From positions 13,935 through 77,934 of the IMG/VR virus record IMGVR_UViG_3300046457_000143: a stretch of DNA of 64,000 nucleotides. The stretch is one strand, 5' to 3'. Source of the DNA: a virus. This document shows positions 10,949-20,000 of this stretch, one piece after another; position 1 is the first letter of the stretch; each line of letters begins with the position of its first letter. The position numbers and the translations under genes are program-made. The notes under the pieces are model-generated. The model was given only the letters and a program-made list of their open reading frames with translations, was not told the origin of the DNA and did no database searches.

Positions 10949-11007
10949 CTCGTATCTCGCGGTAAACTTCCGATACTTCAAACTTATCTCTAATTGCAGG
11001 GACCGCA

Positions 11008-14000
11008 ATGGCAGACCTGAACAATTTGCTGGCCAGTGCAGCCGGCTCCACGCCGACTTCAGCCGACCTCGCCTACGAACAGGCACGACAACAGGGTGAT
11101 GGCCAGCTCGCCCGTGGCCTGGGTAGCCTGGGCGCTGGTATCAGCGCAGGCCTGGGCAAGCTCGGTGACCTGACGAACAGTCACCTCGTTACGCCTTCGT
11201 CTACCGCTCCGGTACCGGTGCAGAACCCGAACTCACTCGATGCTGTCTCGGCCCGAGTCACAGCTTCCCTGGCTCCGCTTGCGCCGAACAAGCAGGCAAG
11301 TGTTGCCGAGAAGATGTCGGGTCTCACGGGTGAGAGCTACTACCCCATCGCAGTGGCAGACAGTCGCCAGTCCGATGCAGGTCTTCAGTCCGCAGGCGAG
11401 GTCGAGAAAGACCTGCGCACGATGGACCAGATCTCGTTCGTGCTCAAGTACGGCAACGAAGGCCAGAAGATGCTCGACCGCTACAACTCGGCAAGCCGGG
11501 ATGTGAGCCAGCAGAACATCAATGACCGCAACTGGGGCGAGACGCTCAAGGATTCGGCCAACTCCCTGGTGACTGCGCCCATCACTGGACTCACCTCCAT
11601 TGCAGCCTGGGGTGCCGGCCAGCTGAATGCAGGCGTCGGTGCGGAGATTGCAAAGAACACTGCCGACTTCGCCAGCAAGATGCAGGGGCTGAAGTCCCAG
11701 AAAGCACAGGACACAGCCGCGCAGAACGCAGCCATCTCCCCGCTGCAGGATCGGGATAACGAGCAGCAGTATCAGGCTGATCTGAAGTCGGGTTCGTCCA
11801 ATATCGTGGCAACCGCCCGTAAGGTTGGCCGGGACTTCATGGCAGGTGCTGCGAACGAGTTCAGTAATCCGACGACACTGGCTGAAGGCTCGGCCAATGC
11901 CCTCGGCTCACTGCTCGTGTCGGCACCCATTGGTGGCGCAATTTCGAAGGTGGCGGCCCCGATCACCAAGGCACTGCTGCCGGAATCGGCCCGGCTCGGT
12001 ATTGCACTGTCGGCCGATACCTCCCGTGCGCTCGGTGAGCGCTCCGCTTCCCGCCTGCTCGATGCGGCGATCCAGAAGGGTGAGACCCATCTGCCGATGG
12101 CAGCCTCGGTGGCCTTGCAGGAAGGGGGCGGTGCCTACCAGCAGACGGCATCTGATGTCATGGGCACGGACCTCGACACGCTCGCACAGCAGTCGCCAAC
12201 CTTCCAGAAGCTGGTCGCTGGCGGCATGAAGCCGGAAGACGCACGTGCGGAGCTCGCCAACCAGGCGGGGCAGGCGGCTGCACCGAAGCAGGCCGCCGTC
12301 GGCGCACTGACCGGCTGGGCCGTGGCGCCGTTTGAAGCCCATCCGTTCCAGGTCGGTAGCGCTCGGGCATTCGTCCAGAATGCGCTGGTCAAGGAACCGC
12401 TCGAAGAGGGTGTGCAGAACGCTACTGGCCAGTTCTTCCAGAACCAGGCCGAGCGTGACACGGGCGTCGATCCGGCCAAGGATCTGTTCGACTCGGTCGG
12501 CCGCCAGGCAGCACAGGGTGCGATCTACGGTGCAGCGGCGGCGGGTACCACGGCAGCGCCGGGTGCAGCACTCTCGACCACGGCACGGGCAGCACTCGGT
12601 GCCGGTGCACTGACGGTCAAGGGTGCGAAGGCACTGGCAGACCGTGCCCCGGATGCGCTCAGTGCAGTGGCCGACAGCACACCGCGCAACCTGCAGGACG
12701 TAAAGGACACCCTGTCCTCGGTCTATGACGCTGCCGCCAATGTCGGTGGCAAGGTGGCCGATGTCGCCTCGAAGGCCGGCAATGCAGCAGCGGACCTGTC
12801 GTTTGGCTACGCGCCGAACGTGTCCGGTAAGGTGGCTGACGCCTACGACTACACCAAGGCGAAAGCCCAGAAGGGTATCGATGCGGTGAAGTCGAAGTTC
12901 CCGGATGTGAAGGATGCGGCCGGCAATGTGGCCGATGCGGTGACGGGTGCTGTCACCGGAGCCAGGGAGAAGGCGGCCGACGCTGCGGATGTGAACTTCG
13001 GCGGCGTGGTGCGCAATGCAGCTTCCCTGGCTCGCAGTGGTCTGTCAGCTGTGAAGCCCTACATCAGCCGGGTGACCGACTACTTCGCCAATCGTGGCGA
13101 CGCCGTCATGAAGGTCAACGAGCGCAACTCGCCGGTGTCCGACGAGACGATGGCTGGTGCCTCGCAGGAGCTGGCCGCACAGAATGGCCAGCTCGATGCG
13201 CTGAAGCAGGAGATCGCAGATACACCGGACGTGGGCGATGACGTGAAGGCCCGTGCCACGGATTATGCCGAGCGCGCCGCACGCATCACGCAGCTCCCTC
13301 CCGAACAAACGGCTACGTGGCATCCGGCAGTGCAGGCGGTGGTGGGCAACACGACCGATCGCTATGCAGCGATCCAGCGCATGCAGTCGTTCCTGGCCGA
13401 CACGAAGCACAGCGATGCAGACCGCCTGGCGGTGGCTGCCCAGCTTCAGGCCGAGAAGGAAGATCTGCATGGTCTGGCCGACGCCAACCCTCGCCAGCTC
13501 GATGGGCTGCCGGAAGATCACGGTCTGCGTTCGTATGCACAGGGTGCGGCCGCATTCGTGCAGGGGATCAGCCAGACGCCGGGGATGAGCCGTGCCGATC
13601 GTGCAGCGGTGCCGCTGATCAAGCGGGCTGCCGAGATCATCAAGCCGCTGACTGAAGAACGGGTCAACACGCCTGAAGGTCAGGCTGATGCGAAGACGAT
13701 TGCCAATCTGGCGGAAGTTGCTCCGACTGAGTTGCCGGAAGGTTCGATCCAGACGGCACTGAAGCATGCTTCAAAGCTCGGTCTGAACCCGAACCAGAAG
13801 CGTTCGTTGCAGACAGCCGATGGTCTGCTTAAGTCGGCCAAGGATCACTTCGACCGTCTGGTGGCCAATGGTGACAAGCCGCTAAGTCCGAAGGATCTGG
13901 TGACCAAACAGGTGACCGCCGGTGAGTCGGACCACCCCTTCAAGAAGTCGGCGGCGCAACACGCCCAGCGGATTGCGGAGTCGTACCGTGCGGGTGATCT

Positions 14001-17000
14001 CGACACTGCCCGGCTCCAGCTTCTCGATCTCCAGAAGTTTGCCCACAGCCAGCAGAACAAGCTCGCTGCGATCAACCAGGCGCTGGCTGGCGGGAATACG
14101 GATAAGAGTAACGCGGTCCACTACGAGGCTCTCTCGGGGAATGCTGACCGTTCGTTCTATACCAGCGAGGAGGGTGTCTGGGTTGACCCGGTTCACTTCG
14201 GATCGGTTCGTCTTGCCCGTCGGGTAGCCTCCGAGGCCAGGTTCCTCACTGATCTGTCGAACCACCTTGCAACGGCGTACCCTGATCTGGGTGTTGAACA
14301 TCTGGCAAATACCTCGCTGGATTCCCGTCTGGCAGACGGTACGGTTAGTGAAGTGGTGCAGGGCTTCAAGAGTGGCGCCCGGTCGGTCAATTCTGGTACG
14401 TCCGAGGCAAAGAGCCAAGAGACGAAACAACCCGTTACGACTGCCGAGACTGTAGCAAAGGCCGAGGTAAAAGATGCTGCCGCAACGGCCGCTGAACCTG
14501 TAAACACTGCCGCAGCAGTGCAGGAAGTCAAGGAAGCGCCGGCAGTCAAAGTCGAGCAGGCAACTGAGACAGCTCCTTCTTCTGGCTCACAGACCAAGGA
14601 AACTTCCAATCAAGGAACCAAGGAGGAAGTGAAGCCCCGCAAGCCTACTGTCCTGACTGCACTGAAGGATGCCTCGGATGCCGATCTCATTGCCCAGTTC
14701 GCAGATCTCTCCGGCCAGGCCAGGCGCTCGGTCGGTGAGCAGGCCGTGATGGAAGCCGTGCGCAAGGAGTTGGGCCGCCGTGGTATCGAGGCAGCCTCCG
14801 AGTCCGACCCGAAGCAGGGTGTGGCCGCAGCGTTCCCCTTCCTGGTTCAGCCTGGCGCCGAAGGCAATGCCTTCACGAACAGCTTCCGTCTGGCCAAGGC
14901 CGATGCGAAGGGTAACCCGCCGTCGAACATCCTCACGCACGAGGCGCCGCTCGCCGGTATCGGGGATGGCGTGAAGCAGCAGATCCGTGTGATGCCGGCC
15001 AAGGCAGGCAAGGGTGTGTACGAGTCGTACAAGTCGGTCTTCAATGGCGCCAATGAAGTCGCCAAAATCATGCGCGCCAACCTGCAGCACTTCCTCACCG
15101 AGAACGAGGATCGCAAGAGTGGCAAGAAGCGCACGCCGGTAGGTGAGCGTTTCCGGGATGGTGTCGAGGCGCACCGCTGGCAGGCTGGCAAGGTGCTGAA
15201 CCTGACCGAGGACACGGGCACGACCTTCCACTACAACGAGCAGCTCCTGCAAGGCTCGGTACTCGCTGGCATGAGCTGGTGGCTGACCTCCGGCCAGCAG
15301 GGCGGTGTCTACGATGAGAAGGGTGCAGCCGAGAATCTCGGTGTGGGTGAGCAGGTCGTCGGTGACGACATCATGAACCGGGTGAAGGGCACCACGTCCA
15401 CGCTCGATGCACTCGACTCGCTGGCGGCCAAGATCACCCAGTACTGGGGTGTGCGTGCGAATGTCGACGCACAGGAAGGTCTCGCTCAGGGCATCCCCCT
15501 GTCGATGGCCGCTGAAGTGCTGCGTGGCCTGACCGCTGCGGGCTATCTGGAAGTGGATAACTTCTACGTCCATCCGACCGAAGTCGACACGATCTTCGAC
15601 AACCCGACGGCTGACGAGATCAAGGAGATGGGCCTCAAGCACATCCAGCGTCTGGTGACGGTAAAGACCGACAACGAGCGCAACAGCAAGGACAAGCGGG
15701 AAGTCCTCAACAGCGAGATGCTGGCGAACCTGCGCAAGTATCCGGACCTGATCGAGCGTGCAGTGCTGAATGATCCCACGCCGGCGTACTACTTCAGCGG
15801 TGCCCGCCCGAAGGTGGCCACCGAGCAGATGCGCAACGAGTTCGTGAAGAACACGCAGGACCAGCTCACGGCAATAAAGAATGAGCAGGAGACGCCGAAC
15901 TACCTGAACGGGACCATGGCGAACCTGTACTTCGACATGGGCCGTGATGTTGCGCTGCGCTGGTTCGGTGCTGGTGACCTGACCGATCGCACGCTCAATG
16001 TGAACCACGAGCTGAGCCTTGTCGGCCAGAACCGCTCCATCTCGCAGGCCTTCGACGAGTTCGAGAACCTGCATGCGGCACTCACCGGCGAAGCGGAACT
16101 GAAGGGTATCCCCGTCACCGATGTGCCGACGCACTACGGCTACAACATGAGCCGGGTGGGCCGGATGCAGATGCTCGGCAAGTTCAATCCGCAAAGCACG
16201 AAGTTCATTCGTGAGGTCATGCTGCCGACCCGTAGCACGCTCGACCTGTCCAACGCCGACCAGCGCCGGGCATTCGATCTGGGTCTCGCCCAGGCACTCG
16301 GTATCAAGGTCCACAACGAGACCTATGAAGTCGTGCAGGCCAAGCTGGAGACGCTCCTCGGCAAGACCTTCAAGCCGGCCGTCGATCACCTTCAGCAATG
16401 GCTGAATGGCAAGGCCGACTTCGACACCTTGCCCATCGAGAATGCGTTCCGTGCGGCGGGGCTGCCCATCTCTCCCCTGGCTCTGCATGCGCTCACGGAG
16501 TGGGCACGTCATGAGAATGCGAGCGCTGATGAGCGCAAGGCTTTCACCACGACTGCCTACCTCGAAGCTGACGGCATGACCAATGGTCCGGTTAACGCCA
16601 TGGCGCTGCTCTCGGTCGGCCCGTTCGATGAACAGTGGGTGACCAACATGCGCCGGGGTGGTCTTGTCATTGGCGGCAATGAGTCGAACACCTCGCAGTG
16701 GATCCGCAACCAGCCGGACAATGCCGACCTGTACGCGGTGGCCACCGATCGCCTGAAGAGTCACATCACGGATCTGAAGGCCTACTTCGCCAACCGGCAG
16801 ATGGTCGACCTGCAGAACCAGATGGAGCACATGCAGTCGCTGATGAACCTGTTCCTGCCGGATCTGGAATATGACGGCAAGACGCTCTCGATCGGCCGGG
16901 GTGTGGCGAAGAACCCGCTGACCATCACCATCTACGGCTCAGGTGAGCGGGGCATTGCCGGCAAGATCGCCCGCACGATGACCGCCGAGATCTACGCGCG

Positions 17001-20000
17001 TATGAGCAATGCAGCGCAGCTGATGGCTGATGCTGAGCGGGGCAAGCAAGAGATCACGCCGGCGCAGGCATTCTTTCCGAATGACCCGATGGCCGCGGAG
17101 AACTGGAACCGCTTCAAGCAGCACATGAACGCACTCACCAACAGCGTGGCCATGAGCTACGACGGTGACTACACGTTCGAGGAAAAGCCGACGAAGCCTA
17201 ACGAAACGGGCGGTGATCCGCAGGCCTATACGCTGGCCACCGACGAGCTGAAGAACCTGACGACCAACATCCAGCACCTGTTCGTGAAGCCGCTGACGAG
17301 AGCCATCGGTGACACGGTCGGCAATACCGACAAGGGTGCGACGATGGTCCGCATGGCCACGCAGTCACAGTCGATCATCCTGAAGCGCCTGTTCCTCAAC
17401 GGTGTCGAAGCGGCACTGGAAAAGCGTGCTGCGGCTGACCCGACCTTCAAGAAGAGCGACTTCCTGTCGGCCAGGGAAGTGCGGGCCGTGCTCGACTCGC
17501 TGGAGGCTTACCACCCACTGCTGCAGTCCGACGACCAGACGTTCTTCGTGGCCGGTAACTCATCGAGCTACACGAACAGCTCGCCGTTCGGTATGGCGCT
17601 CGATGACTCGTTCCGCTCGCCGGGCTTCGTCTATGGCCCGGACAATGCTGGTGTGGCGGGTATCCCGTTCCTGAACATCGGTATGGGCGACGGCCGGATG
17701 ATGCAGATCCTGGCCAACGATCCGCGCATTGCCCGCACGCTCAAGATATTCGACGGCATGAACATGCCGCTCGACTCGATCATGGAGCAGAGCCGCGCCG
17801 CCAACGAGGCGGTCCTCGAGAGCTGGAAGGGCAATCCGCTTCAGGTGGTGCTCGATTCGTTCCGCCCGTTCATGGAGCAGGTGGAGAAAGACGGCATCGG
17901 CTCGCTCAAGATGACCCCGGATGAAGAGCTGGCACTGGCCAAGGCAATCTTCGGCCTCAATGTGAAGGCCGGTGAAGTGACCCTGGAGGAATCGTTCGAC
18001 CGCATGAAGGAGTTGGTCTCCTACGTGGAGCGTGGCGCCATGCAGGTGGAAGCCCGTCACCGGGTGCTCGACCAGCTCAATCTCTCCCTGGATCAGATGT
18101 CCTCGGCAGGGGCGCCGCATGTCGTTGAAAACAAACTGCAAATTTCGGGTACCGATAAGGAGATCGCTGACCAGATGGCGAAGCTGTACGCCGATGAGCT
18201 GGCGAAGATCAAGGTTGAGCGCGGTCTCGTCAAGGAAGATGCCCCGCAGCGTGCTCCCGAAGAAACGGCTGCACATACCGCAGCAGTGGAGTCGGAAAAC
18301 ATCGCCGGCCAGATCAACCAGTATGGCCGTGTCAACAAGGCCACCGGTGTCCGGGTGCTCTCGCCGTCGGCCATCAAGAAGCTGACGAAGGGTCTGGAGA
18401 ATATCCCGGCCCATCAGAAGGCACTGCTCAACGAGATCCGCCTGTCGTTGTCGACGAAGGGCTACTCGGTGGTGACGGGTACCGCTGAGCAGCTGGCCGC
18501 TTACGCGCGGAACCAGGGGGACGAACAGTCCGTCTCGCTCAACCGTGGCGACTCGGGTGTGACGCTGCCGGCCAGCAAGCGGATCTATATCCTGAACCCG
18601 GATAGCGAGGTGCTCACGCACGAACTCATCCATGCGGCAACGTATGAGACGGTGCTGGCCTACTATGAGGCCTACGAAGCAGACACTGGCCGGGCAGGTG
18701 ATCCGGCGTATCCGGGTGGCCAGAACTCGGGTGAGGTCATCAACGCCATCCAGCGTATCGAGCAGATGCTCGAACAGTTCCGCAACCTGGATGTGTCGAA
18801 AGAATCGCTCGGCACGCAGCAGGCCTACGCCGACGCCATGGCGGCGATCAACCAGGCCTCCGGTCAGGACGCCATCTCCAAGGCCCGTGCGCTGAACGAG
18901 TTCATGGCCTGGGCACTGGCGAACAAGAATCTGGCGGAGCTCGCCGGCAGGACCAAGGTCTCTCCCCTGGTTCAGCTGGCGAAAGCCGCATTCGATGCGA
19001 TCAAGTCGCTGATCTGGGGCCGCAAGCGTGTGGCCGATCCGAAGCCGGGTGACGATCTGTTCAGCAACCTGCTGTTCAACTCGTCGATCGTGATGCGATC
19101 GCAGCCGACACCGCAACAGGCGCTCTCGGCCACGGCGCTCTATCACTCCTCGAGCTACGGCACCAACAGCCGGCTGGCGGACTACAACCAGACGTTCGCC
19201 CGCATGCTGGAGAACTTCCGCACGCAGCCGGATCGCAAGGACCAGCCCACCACGTTCAAGGCGCAGGTCAACTTCGCCGCCGTGCAGGCAGCAGGCCTTG
19301 CCGTCTCGCTGCGTGGACTGGGCTTCCTGACGACGCCACAGGAAGCCTCGACCTTCGAGCTGGTGGCCGCCGTCCTCGGCACGCAGATGCACCTGGATGC
19401 CAACTCCCTTGCTCTGGCTCAGGAACTGTACCAGCACGTCGTGAAGAACCTCGAAACCGAGCACTTCATGCGGACCAAGTCTGAAGAGAACGATCAGGGG
19501 GACCGCCACCAGGCGCAGCAGAAGTACAACGCCATCATCGGTGACTTCGGTTCGACCAAAGACCGCAGTGGACGCAGCTCGCTGCTGCCGGTGTTCATTG
19601 GTCTGGCCATTGTCGATGACCAGTTCCGGGACATCCTGAACACGATCGGTCTGCCGGAGAAGATGAAGAGCACGGCGAACTCCAGGGTCGATGCGATGCT
19701 GGAGAACTTCTTCGGTGGCCTGACGCAGCGGCTGGCCGAGCGCACCGCAGGTCTGAAGAATGAGCCGACCGTGGGTGCTGCGATCGACGCACTGCTGCAG
19801 CACGTCATGAAGGTGGCGGCCGAGCGTGAGGACTACATGAGCGTCACGGGTGCCGAGACGTTCCTCGACACGCTCGACCGCAAGGTGGTAGAGGCGGTGA
19901 CGGCACTGTCCGACAAGGGCGTCGATGCGATGCAGAAGATCATCGACGATCCGAAGTCCTCGCCCATGGCAAGGAACGCCGCCAAGTATGCGCAGCTCTC

